DNA from: an uncultured Planctomycetaceae bacterium | Lineage (GTDB): Bacteria > Planctomycetota > Planctomycetia > Planctomycetales > Planctomycetaceae | Assembly: GCA_963707405.1 (NCBI GenBank) | Contig: CAVPPT010000027.1 | Location: forward strand, 1-64,000 | Length of the DNA stretch: 64,000 nucleotides | Direction of reading: 5' to 3' | Shown here: piece by piece, positions 9,340-17,253 of the stretch | Numbering within the stretch: the first letter of the stretch is position 1 | How the letters are laid out: the number at the start of each line of letters is the position of its first letter | Position numbers and translations under genes: made by a program | The notes under the pieces: model-generated | What the model saw: only the letters and a program-made list of their open reading frames with translations | Told to the model about the DNA's origin: nothing | Databases searched by the model: none

Positions 9340-10128
9340 TTATCGATCCTCCTCTCCCAACAGTTGCACCAGCTCGGTGCGGAGCTCTCGTTCATCTCGC
9401 CAATACGCGGTCGACTCGAGTTCGTGCATCAACTGGCGGTAACAAGCACGAGCGTTTTCGGTTTCACCCGTTCGGGCCAGAGTCAAGGCCAGGTACCACC
9501 ATCGGCGACCATGAAGCGTCGGCTGGGTCTCCCCTCTGAGTTCAATGAGCCGCTCAAACGCATACCGCGCCTCCGCGAATCGTTCCGTTTCATAGAGGGC
9601 CCTTCCCAAGAAACTCCAGTCGAATCGAGTCCGCTCGTCTTCCGGAATCTTCGCCAACCGCTCAACCGCTGCGACATAGGCCTGCCTGCCATCGTCAGGC
9701 TGCTCATCAGCCAGGAGAAGGTCACCGAGGACGACCAATACGGGTCCATTTCTCACGTCGGCGGCAAGAGCTCGTCTCAGTTGATCGGGTAGACTGGGAG
9801 CGATCTCGACGCTGGCTCCCAGCAACTCGGCAGTTTCCAGACGCGCTATTTGATGTGCTTTGACGAAGTGCGCCGGGACCATTCCCGCGGTCAAATGAAG
9901 CGAAAGAACCTCAAAACATGCATGCACTTTCCCAACCTCGCCGGCCCGGCCGAGTGCCATCGTCAGATACCACCATCGAGTGCTGCCCTCATTCAGAGTT
10001 GGTTCCTCGTCATCCCATCCCTCGATCGCCCGCTGCAAGGCCTCGCACGCACCACTCCAGTTGCCGAGATGATACCGGGCACGACCACACTCTTCCCAAA
10101 ATACGTCAGGGGAATTCTCGAACTGCAT
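9340..10128 (-). CDS. TPR-repeat protein
   Basis: Repeated W/LxxLGxxYxxxxxxxEAxxxY-type helical pairs (ARYAFERLIELRGE, ARACYRQLMHEL). The probable start is MQFENSP (ATG at ~10128), 20 nt after the upstream TPR gene ends. The ORF track extends it to 10206 with an alternative start. Confidence 0.55.
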   Translation of the reverse strand: MQFENSPDVFWEECGRARYHLGNWSGACEALQRAIEGWDDEEPTLNEGSTRWWYLTMALGRAGEVGKVHACFEVLSLHLTAGMVPAHFVKAHQIARLETAELLGASVEIAPSLPDQLRRALAADVRNGPVLVVLGDLLLADEQPDDGRQAYVAAVERLAKIPEDERTRFDWSFLGRALYETERFAEARYAFERLIELRGETQPTLHGRRWWYLALTLARTGETENARACYRQLMHELESTAYWRDERELRTELVQLLGEEDR

Positions 10129-11205
10129 TGTCGCCCATCTTGGCCAAACGCGACCAAACGGTGATGGCAGCCTGGCGATCTCCAGAAGCTTCGAAAATGT
10201 CGCCAAGGCTCGTGTATGATCTGGCGAGCGTCACATGGTGGAGAGGATATTCTGGCTCATCGCGAACGAGGTTTTCGCCCATCGTGACCGCGTTTTCCAG
10301 GTATGCCACAGCTTCCTCATGTTGATCAGGGCCGAACATGTTCGCTACAAGGTTATAGGTCTCGGCCAGATTGATCTGATACTCGCGGACAAACGGATTC
10401 TGGTGCGCCAGTTGTTCTTGAATGAAGACCGCCTTGCTGCCAGCGGCCAGCGCCTTGTCTCGCTCATGCAATTGGTTTCGCACGATCGCCAGTTTGAGAT
10501 TGGCACCGCCCCACAGGGACTGGTAATCGGCGACGTCTGGATTCTCTTCTGCAAGCCGCTCCGCCAGTGCAATAGCGTTCTCAAGCAACGGAATTGAATC
10601 CAGTGGCTGCCCAGAAATGAGATGGACAATTGCCTGGTTCATCAAGGAAGCGCCGAGGGCTGCACGGTTTCTTAGTCCCGAAGGATTCTCGGAAACAAGG
10701 TGTTCTCGTAGCGCGATTGCCTTTGACTCAAGATTGAACGCTTGCTGCTTGTGCTCACGAAGGCGCCTGGCAAATACATAGGCGAGAGCATGATACGCAT
10801 CAGCCAAGGCCTCTTGGTGCTTCAGGACTGTCACGTTCTGATTCACCACGACTTCGAGAATGGCGATCGCTTGATTGTACAGACTTATCGCCATTGAGTT
10901 GCGTCCTAAATCGAAGTACAAACCTGCAGCGTCGCAATACGTGTTGGCGAGCCGGGAGTGACTCTCGGCATCGCCCGGTTTCTGTTGCACCAGCCTCTCG
11001 CGGATGCTAATCGCCTCGGCGTAGGCGGCGAGAGCGAGCGCGACTTCGCCCTTCGACTCATAAATGACTGCAAGAGCGTGTTTTGAGGAGGCGAGGCCCT
11101 CCTCGTACAGCCCGTTGCCGGGATGTCTCTCGCACAACTGGCGGCGGATGTCTAATGCCGCAAGATGGTCCCCAATCGCGCTTTCACTCGAACCGAGTAT
11201 CTGGC
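10106..11205 (-). CDS. TPR-repeat protein; possibly the C-terminal part of the upstream Ser/Thr kinase separated by a frame change
   Basis: ~10 TPR-like units (ALALAAYAEAISIRERL, LANTYCDAAGLYFDLGRN, ALADAYHALAYVFARR, etc.). The open frame runs from a TGA near 11205. No ATG/GTG start or RBS is present; the only candidate start is the TTG at 11137. It overlaps the kinase 3' end (11152) in another frame. Confidence 0.55.
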
Positions 11206-12903
11206 TGATGTGTCCGTGTGCTCATAAGCGTCCGCCAGTTCCTCCTGGACGGTCGGATCATCTTCGTGCAGCTGCGCGAAGTCCTGATAGTACTTGAGTG
11301 CCAGCTCCAGCAGATCCCGGCGCAGTGGCTGCAGCCCCGGCTGGTTGAGCAGCACGTTTTCACTGACCTTCGTCAGGTAGGTATCCACTGCTTCGCGGGC
11401 GCGGTGAAAGTTCTCTTCGGCCCGTTCGCGCTGGCGCTGGGCCTCCTCACTCTGCCGTTCGGCTTCGTCGAAGTTCGACTGTGACTTGGTCAAGGCCGCT
11501 GCCGTCTGGGACTGCTCCCGCGCAATGAGCAGCGTCGAGATGGCCAGGGCGACGGTGCTGACCAGCAGGATCGCCACCGCCGACCAGACCAGGGCGGTGT
11601 GCCGCAGGGCCCACTTCGTGATCCGTTGCTTCAGCGTGGGCCGGCGCGCCCGGATCGGTTGATGATCCAGAAACCGCTGCAGGTCGTCGGCCACGGCACT
11701 GGCCGTCTCGTAGCGTTCCTGCGGATCCTTGGCGGTCGCCTTCAGAACGATGGTCTCCAGATCGGCGGGGATCCGGGGGTCGATCTGTCGCGCAGGCGCG
11801 GGATCCTCCGTGGCAATCTGCCGGAGCAGTTCCACGCGGTCGGTCGACGCAAACAGCGGTTGCAGCGTCAGCAGTTCATAGAGTGTGGCCCCCAGCGAGT
11901 AGATATCGCTGCGGTGATCGATGATCGCCCGCCGTCCGTGCACCTGCTCGGGAGACATGTAGCGGGGCGTGCCCAGCAGGTCACCACTCATCGTCAGGCT
12001 GACGTCGGTCTCGATGTGGGCCAGACCAAAGTCGGTCACCCACACCTTGCCGTCCCGGTCCAGCATGATGTTGCCCGGCTTGATGTCCCGGTGGATCACC
12101 CCATGCTCGTGGGCATAGTCCAGGGCCCGGGCCGCGTCCACACCCAGACGGGCCGCCGAGCGGAAGAAGTCCCGGCCCCGGGCGCTCCCGAGACTCGACA
12201 GCATCGCGAGCGAGGCCACCGGCTGCGGACTCGCGTGAACGTCCGGCGGGGGTGTCGGCGCGGTGAGGGCCTGGACCGTCAGTGCGAAGGGATCGGCCGG
12301 AGATGCATGCGGCGAGGGCGATTGCTTACCGGAGTTCTCCGCATGGTCGCGGAGCTGACCGATGACGTCAGACAGCGTCATCCCGTCGATGTAGCGCATG
12401 GCGTAGTGATGCACACCCCGCTCGCAGCCCACACCGATGATATCCACGATGTGAGGATGATCGAGCTGGGCGGCGGCGAGCGCCTCGTTCTTGAACCGCT
12501 GCAGCTGCCGGGAGTCGAGCAGAGCCGCGAAAGGGAGCACCTTGAGCGCCACGCGCCGCCCCAGCGAAATCTGCTCGGCCTCGTACACCACTCCCATGCC
12601 TCCGCGCCCGATCTCGCGGACAATGGCATAGTCACCCAGCGTGCCATCCCCCGGCGAAGAGTTCGTGCCGCCGGGGCGACCGGTCGACTTGGGTGCCAGC
12701 GCCGAGTGGCCGAGATCGGCCATGGCCTGCAGCGTGGGCAACAGCTTGCGCAGCCGCTCGATGTGCTGAGGGTGTTCGGCGGCGATTTCCGTCAGATCGA
12801 GCGACTGGCCGGCGTCCAACGCCGTCGACACGCGGAACACCAACGCGTCAAACTCCTGATCGGCCGTGGTGACGGTCTGGCTCAGTGGCCCGTGGTCTGC
12901 CAT
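11152..12903 (-). CDS. Serine/threonine protein kinase (Hanks type) with one TM helix after the kinase domain
   Basis: GRGGMGVVYEA glycine loop, ALKVL, HRDIKPGNIML catalytic loop, DFGLA, GTPRYMSPE. TM segment ALVWSAVAILLVSTVALAISTLLIA. The ATG overlaps the sigma-factor stop codon (TGATG). Confidence 0.85.
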   Translation of the reverse strand: MADHGPLSQTVTTADQEFDALVFRVSTALDAGQSLDLTEIAAEHPQHIERLRKLLPTLQAMADLGHSALAPKSTGRPGGTNSSPGDGTLGDYAIVREIGRGGMGVVYEAEQISLGRRVALKVLPFAALLDSRQLQRFKNEALAAAQLDHPHIVDIIGVGCERGVHHYAMRYIDGMTLSDVIGQLRDHAENSGKQSPSPHASPADPFALTVQALTAPTPPPDVHASPQPVASLAMLSSLGSARGRDFFRSAARLGVDAARALDYAHEHGVIHRDIKPGNIMLDRDGKVWVTDFGLAHIETDVSLTMSGDLLGTPRYMSPEQVHGRRAIIDHRSDIYSLGATLYELLTLQPLFASTDRVELLRQIATEDPAPARQIDPRIPADLETIVLKATAKDPQERYETASAVADDLQRFLDHQPIRARRPTLKQRITKWALRHTALVWSAVAILLVSTVALAISTLLIAREQSQTAAALTKSQSNFDEAERQSEEAQRQRERAEENFHRAREAVDTYLTKVSENVLLNQPGLQPLRRDLLELALKYYQDFAQLHEDDPTVQEELADAYEHTDTSARYSVRVKARLGTILRH

Positions 12904-13526
12904 CAGATGCTCCCGTCGACGTTGAGCTGGTTATGGAGCCGCTCCAGAGCACGCCGGTATCGCGACTGTGCCGCCACCACCGATAGTCCCAGTACACCCG
13001 CGATGTCATTCAGTTTCAACTGCTCCACGTGACGCAGCACCAGAATCTCGCGGTCTCCCGCGCCGATCTGCGCCAAGGCGACCCGCATCCTGTCGCGCTG
13101 TTCGCGCCGCATCGCCTGCTGGCTGGGGGTGGACTGGTTTCCAGAAAGAAGTGCCACAATCTGCATCATGGAGTCGTCCGAGAGCTGCATCTGTGGGCTG
13201 ACTTCGCGCCGGACCGATCGTCGCTGCGTCCGGACATGCTGCCGATGGGCGTGGATGAGTTTCTCCCAGGCGATTTGCCGCAGCCACGGGTAGAACGCGC
13301 AGTCCCGCCGCTGGAGGTATTCGGGAAGTTTGCGGGCGGCTTCGATCGCGGCCTCCTGCACCACATCGGACGGGTCGATCCGCCCCATGAGGCGCGAGTC
13401 CATACGCACCGAGATCATCCGCTGGAGGTCGCTGCGGTAGCGCATCAGCAGCCGCTGCACCGCAGAGGCATCCCCCTGTTGAGCGCGGTCGAGCAGGATC
13501 TCGGTGTCGGACGACGCGGCTTCCAC
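12903..13526 (-). CDS. ECF-type RNA polymerase sigma-70 factor, translationally coupled to the downstream kinase
   Basis: Sigma region 2 (DVVQEAAIEAARKLPEY) and region 4 HTH (EILVLRHVEQLKLNDIAGVLGLSVVAAQSRYRRALERL). GTG start. Confidence 0.8.
   Translation of the reverse strand: MEAASSDTEILLDRAQQGDASAVQRLLMRYRSDLQRMISVRMDSRLMGRIDPSDVVQEAAIEAARKLPEYLQRRDCAFYPWLRQIAWEKLIHAHRQHVRTQRRSVRREVSPQMQLSDDSMMQIVALLSGNQSTPSQQAMRREQRDRMRVALAQIGAGDREILVLRHVEQLKLNDIAGVLGLSVVAAQSRYRRALERLHNQLNVDGSI
13279..13406. repeat. 128-nt tract identical to 15917-16044, copy A (inside the ECF sigma gene)
   Basis: Direct base-by-base comparison shows the two tracts are identical. The flanks are only ~75-80% identical. 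Confidence 0.85.
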
Positions 13527-13931
13527 GTGGGCTCCCTGGACTGAGATCGTTACCAGTACGGGAGAAGACGCGTCGCGGATTTCTCAAATCCTGAAGAATT
13601 TCCTCCGTCAATGGCGCAGGGTCAGAAGAGATTCAGCCGGCTGCGCAGCGTTCATCGGAAGTGGCGCCTGGCTGATGGAAGGGAGACACACCGGATGACA
13701 CCCCTCATCCGGCTGCCCCAGAGCCACCACCGATCTCTTCAACCGTGCACTGTCACGGGGACATCATCCCCGCTGTGCGCGGGTGATGGTTGATGGCTCT
13801 GTGCTCTTGTCGCCTCGCGACCCGGCCGATTCCGGCCGGGCCGCTCACTTCGCCCGGCTCGAGCATGAAGAACTCCCGATAGTCGCAGCCCTCCCGGCTG
13901 CAGAACACGGTCGCCGCCCCGTCCAGTCGAA

Positions 13932-14876
13932 TTACGGAAGCAGCTTGTGAGCTTTCCGCCACTCAATCCCCAGCCCGCCACGTCCAACAGTCAATTCCAT
14001 GCGGGACTTTCCCGGAACAACGTCCTCGTACTGTGCACGCGACACACGGAGGTCCAAGTGGCCTTGCCGACGCCCTGAGTCGGTGACGTTGACATGGTAG
14101 CTCTTCCCATGACGTTTCGACGCAACACGCTTCCCCACGATGCTCTCAACGCGAGTCTCCAGCGGGCTCCAATCAGTGAGGCCATTCACTCCGAGAATCA
14201 TTCCAACGCAACCCAGCGGGATCGCGACAAGTGAACACAGCATCACCGCTCGCCACTGATCGTGCGAGTGGGACTCACCGCGAAGCAGGTACGCCGCCAC
14301 CCAGCCGAATGGAAGGAGGGTGACCAGGCTCAACAGCAATACCGGCAAGAACGGCTCCCCATGCCGAAGTGCTGGGTACCGGACTCTGAACAGTACCAGC
14401 GCTGCAAACAGAGATTCCAGCACAAGGAGGCGTTTCTGGATCCGCTTTCCGCGATCCACATCGCGCTGCGGGATCTCAACGCTTTCTGGCAGACTCTCAG
14501 CAAGACGAAACAGGCTGCTCGCAGTCTCTGTGATCAGCCCACTCCGGTCATCGGTCTTGGGGTTGAAACCCGGCCATGCTGCCCATGCGTGCGTACCGTC
14601 GAGTTCCACCTCCTTGAAGCCCGATTCCAATATGGAGGTAACGGCAACCCGCCTGGACTCGTCGGTCAGGTAACTTTGAGCATAGTCTTCCACCGGACAA
14701 CGGACGTAGACCGTGGCGTCGAACTTCTCATCTCCTGTACTGTGCTCGCGGGCGATTCCCATCCACTTGCAGAGTCGATCAAACCAATCCTCGGGCGAAA
14801 TGCAAAGTAATTGGCGTCGCAGCAGCGCAACGAACCAGCAAGTGAGACACACGCCCCGTGCGATTTCTCCGCCCAC
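13932..14876 (-). CDS. Hypothetical membrane protein, 3-4 TM helices in its C-terminal half; possibly one gene with 14779..15381
   Basis: Hydrophobic segments LLVLESLFAALVLFRV, FLPVLLLSLVTLLPFGWVAAYLL, AVMLCSLVAIPLGCVGMILGV. No family recognised. Overlaps the upstream SEC-C ORF by 98 nt in another frame. Confidence 0.4.
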   Translation of the reverse strand: MGGEIARGVCLTCWFVALLRRQLLCISPEDWFDRLCKWMGIAREHSTGDEKFDATVYVRCPVEDYAQSYLTDESRRVAVTSILESGFKEVELDGTHAWAAWPGFNPKTDDRSGLITETASSLFRLAESLPESVEIPQRDVDRGKRIQKRLLVLESLFAALVLFRVRYPALRHGEPFLPVLLLSLVTLLPFGWVAAYLLRGESHSHDQWRAVMLCSLVAIPLGCVGMILGVNGLTDWSPLETRVESIVGKRVASKRHGKSYHVNVTDSGRRQGHLDLRVSRAQYEDVVPGKSRMELTVGRGGLGIEWRKAHKLLP

Positions 14877-15381
14877 GAACCGGGGCGACGTATGTCACCT
14901 CGTACTCCCGCCCCTTGTACTCACGCAGTTCGGGAGCATTCGCCACCAAGCTCCCCACTCGAGTTCCGGCCGACACTGCCGAGGGACTTCTGATCCACGA
15001 GACGAATCCAGAAGTCACCGCTCCAGCGACAGCGATCAACCCCGACGCCACCCCGATGAAGACTGCTAATATCACCAGATCCAGATCCGAGTCATGTCGC
15101 TGCAAGCTGTGAGACCAGTAGTGGCTCGCAACGACAGCAACGACGACTCCAATGATCCCGATGGCGATGAGCACAAGGCCGAGTCGATGGAGAATCGTCC
15201 CCCCGTTGATTGACCTTTGGCGACCAGGCCGATCCGGTTCCTGGGGATGTTGTTCGACTCGCTCGCTACGTGCCGCCGCCTGCTGTCCTTGTTTGCGCTG
15301 AGTGTTTCCGCAGCAATCTCCGTAACTCTTGCCGCTACCGCACGGACAATTCTGACTTCGCCTTTTCGCCTTTTGGGGCAT
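14779..15381 (-). CDS. SEC-C motif (CPCGSGKxYxxCC) membrane protein
   Basis: N-terminus MPQKAKRRSQNCPCGSGKSYGDCCG is a SEC-C metal-binding motif, followed by 3 TM helices (LGLVLIAIGIIGVVVAVVA, LVILAVFIGVASGLIAVAGAV). Confidence 0.5.
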   Translation of the reverse strand: MPQKAKRRSQNCPCGSGKSYGDCCGNTQRKQGQQAAARSERVEQHPQEPDRPGRQRSINGGTILHRLGLVLIAIGIIGVVVAVVASHYWSHSLQRHDSDLDLVILAVFIGVASGLIAVAGAVTSGFVSWIRSPSAVSAGTRVGSLVANAPELREYKGREYEVTYVAPVRGRRNRTGRVSHLLVRCAAATPITLHFARGLV

Positions 15382-15521
15382 CGCGTCACATTCCCTGCAA
15401 CAGAGTCGAGATCGATGAAACCGCGTCCGTGGTGTTGGTCCAAACGACGCCGGCTCCGACCGGCATCACACAGATTTCGAGACCTCTGGGACTGACGGAG
15501 ATCGGATCTCCCAGCCCCTTG

Positions 15522-15785
15522 TCAGTGACCTACAGTTCCCCAAGTATCGCCCCGCCCGGCGGGCTGCAGTTTGGCGAGTGCCGAGTGTCCCAGGTCGGCC
15601 ACGGCCTGCAGGGTGGGGAGGAGCCTGCACAGGCGGTCGATGTGCTGCGGGTGCTCGACGGCCATCGCCTTCAGATCGACAGAGTGACCCGCCTCCAAGT
15701 CAGCCGATACCCGAAAGACCAGAGCATCGAAAGCCTGATCTTCGTTGGTCGCCGTCCTGGTACCGGGCCCGCTGTCCACTCTCAC
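15522..15785 (-). pseudogene. N-terminal fragment (~87 aa) of a Ser/Thr kinase paralog, truncated before the kinase domain
   Basis: EDQAFDALVFRVSADLEAGHSVDLKAMAVEHPQHIDRLCRLLPTLQAVADLGHSALA matches the first ~75 aa of the 11152..12903 kinase (DQEFDALVFRVSTALDAGQSLDLTEIAAEHPQHIERLRKLLPTLQAMADLGHSALA). It then diverges and stops. Confidence 0.6.
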
Positions 15786-15792
15786 ATCAAAG

Positions 15793-16164
15793 TCACCCGT
15801 CGAAGCTCAGTTGATCGTGTAAGCGCTCCAGTGCCCGCCGGTACCGCGACTGGGCAGCCGCTGCTGAGACTCTCAGTACATCCGCAATGTCACCCAGTTT
15901 CAACTGCTCGACATGACGCAGCCACGGGTAGAACGCGCAGTCCCGCCGCTGGAGGTATTCGGGAAGTTTGCGGGCGGCTTCGATCGCGGCCTCCTGCACC
16001 ACATCGGACGGGTCGATCCGCCCCATGAGGCGCGAGTCCATACGGAGCACGACCATCCGCTTGAGGTCGCCGCGGTACAACGTGAGCAGCCGCTGCACGG
16101 CAGAGGCATCTCCCTCCTGTGCACGATTGAGCAAAGCTTCGGTGTCAGCAGACGCGTCGTCCAC
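15793..16164 (-). pseudogene. ECF sigma factor paralog with an in-frame ~243-nt internal deletion that removes the region 2.4 to region 4 N-terminus
   Basis: The 123-aa product aligns to the 207-aa sigma factor at both ends. Residues QIAWEK...ILVLR are missing. The deletion junction lies at a gcag microhomology. Confidence 0.6.
15917..16044. repeat. 128-nt tract identical to 13279-13406, copy B
   Basis: See copy A. Confidence 0.85.
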
Positions 16165-16652
16165 GTGTGAACTCCTCCCTGTCAGTCCTGCAGACCGCGG
16201 GAAAGGCAGTCACGAATCCTGCTCAATTGTAACACACCTGAACGCTAACCGCCTGCTGCTCAGCATGTTACGAATTTCATGCCCGATAATTCCAAATGGT
16301 TCTCGAAGGACATAGCGAGAGGCTGCGGCCGCGCCAGTCTCCCGTCGGTTCTGAGAATACTGAGATCGCTTCGTGAGCGATGCCTCGTCGGGAGGCCGGA
16401 GGAGTTGGGCTCGAAACAAGTTCAGCAGCGTGATCTAAGATCCCTGGTCGAGACCAGCATGAATTTGACACTTCTGACCTTGGGTCGCACGGAACAGTGC
16501 CAGCATGCAGGACTTGGTCATTTCGGAAAGTGCAGTCCAATCGCCGACGATCTCCCGTAGATCGGGAGGAATCTCACTCAAGCTCACGCTACGTGCGCCG
16601 GGATTCTCCGCCGCCTGAATTGAGCATGGCCGTGATTACCGGCAAGGCTGCT

Positions 16653-16677
16653 TGAGGTTCGAATTCCATCGGCCCCA
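16653..16677 (+). repeat. Candidate attR: degenerate direct repeat of the tRNA-Met 3' end (T-arm plus acceptor)
   Basis: GGTTCGAATTCCATCGGCCCCA against tRNA GGTTCGAGTCCCACCGGCCCCA gives 19/22 identities, same orientation. It sits in a 600-bp non-coding gap. Confidence 0.3.
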
Positions 16678-16770
16678 TTCTCGCAAGGGTCCGCATCGAC
16701 CGATCGACACATTGTCTGGTCCGGAATGCATCGATCGAAGAATGGGACCGTCCGGTCCCGATCGCGACAC

Positions 16771-17253
16771 TCAGGAGATCCGCTGCAGGCTGTACCATGC
16801 CAGCAGCAGGCCAATCGCCAGCATGTGGAGAATCACCAGCAACACGCCAACGCCCAGCAATGTCTGCGACCCGTCGTCTCGGGATGGGGGCCGGCCCAGC
16901 AGATGCTTGGTCACGACGCCGCAAACCCACGACCAGTGCAACATCACGTGCAGCAGAATGCCCAGCGAAAACAGGCACAGGATGATGAACTGCACGTCGC
17001 GCCAGCTTTCGACATCCCCGCCCCACATCCGCCATTCGACTTCCTGGGGACCCACAGGAAACAGAAACCTCAAGACGGCGGACACCCACACCAGAGCCAG
17101 AAACAGTACGAGCAGCAGGCTGTCGAGCCAAAAGTTGACGATGGTCTTCGACCAGCGAAAGGCCGGTCGTGCCGTCGCTCCAGGACGGTCCGGTGCTCGT
17201 GGGGAAGGCGTGTCAGTCGGAGGAGACGACACTCGGAACTCATTACCGGTCAT
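16771..17253 (-). CDS. Hypothetical 4-TM membrane protein next to ccoI
   Basis: Hydrophobic helices with conserved His/Trp (LLLVLFLALVWVSAVL, FIILCLFSLGILLHVMLHWSWVCG, GVGVLLVILHMLAIGLLLAW). The start overlaps the ccoI stop. Confidence 0.45.
   Translation of the reverse strand: MTGNEFRVSSPPTDTPSPRAPDRPGATARPAFRWSKTIVNFWLDSLLLVLFLALVWVSAVLRFLFPVGPQEVEWRMWGGDVESWRDVQFIILCLFSLGILLHVMLHWSWVCGVVTKHLLGRPPSRDDGSQTLLGVGVLLVILHMLAIGLLLAWYSLQRIS

Noticed and set aside
11599-13032. 477-aa plus-strand ORF
   Set aside because: Antisense shadow of the Ser/Thr kinase and sigma genes in high-GC DNA. Arg/Gly/Pro-rich low-complexity translation with no motifs.
16165-16770. Checked this ~600-bp non-coding gap for CRISPR repeats or an RNA gene
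   Set aside because: No regularly spaced repeats. The only notable element is the tRNA-3'-end-like 22-mer reported as candidate attR. A 45-codon GTG ORF (LSEIPPDLREIVGDW...) lacks an RBS and any support.
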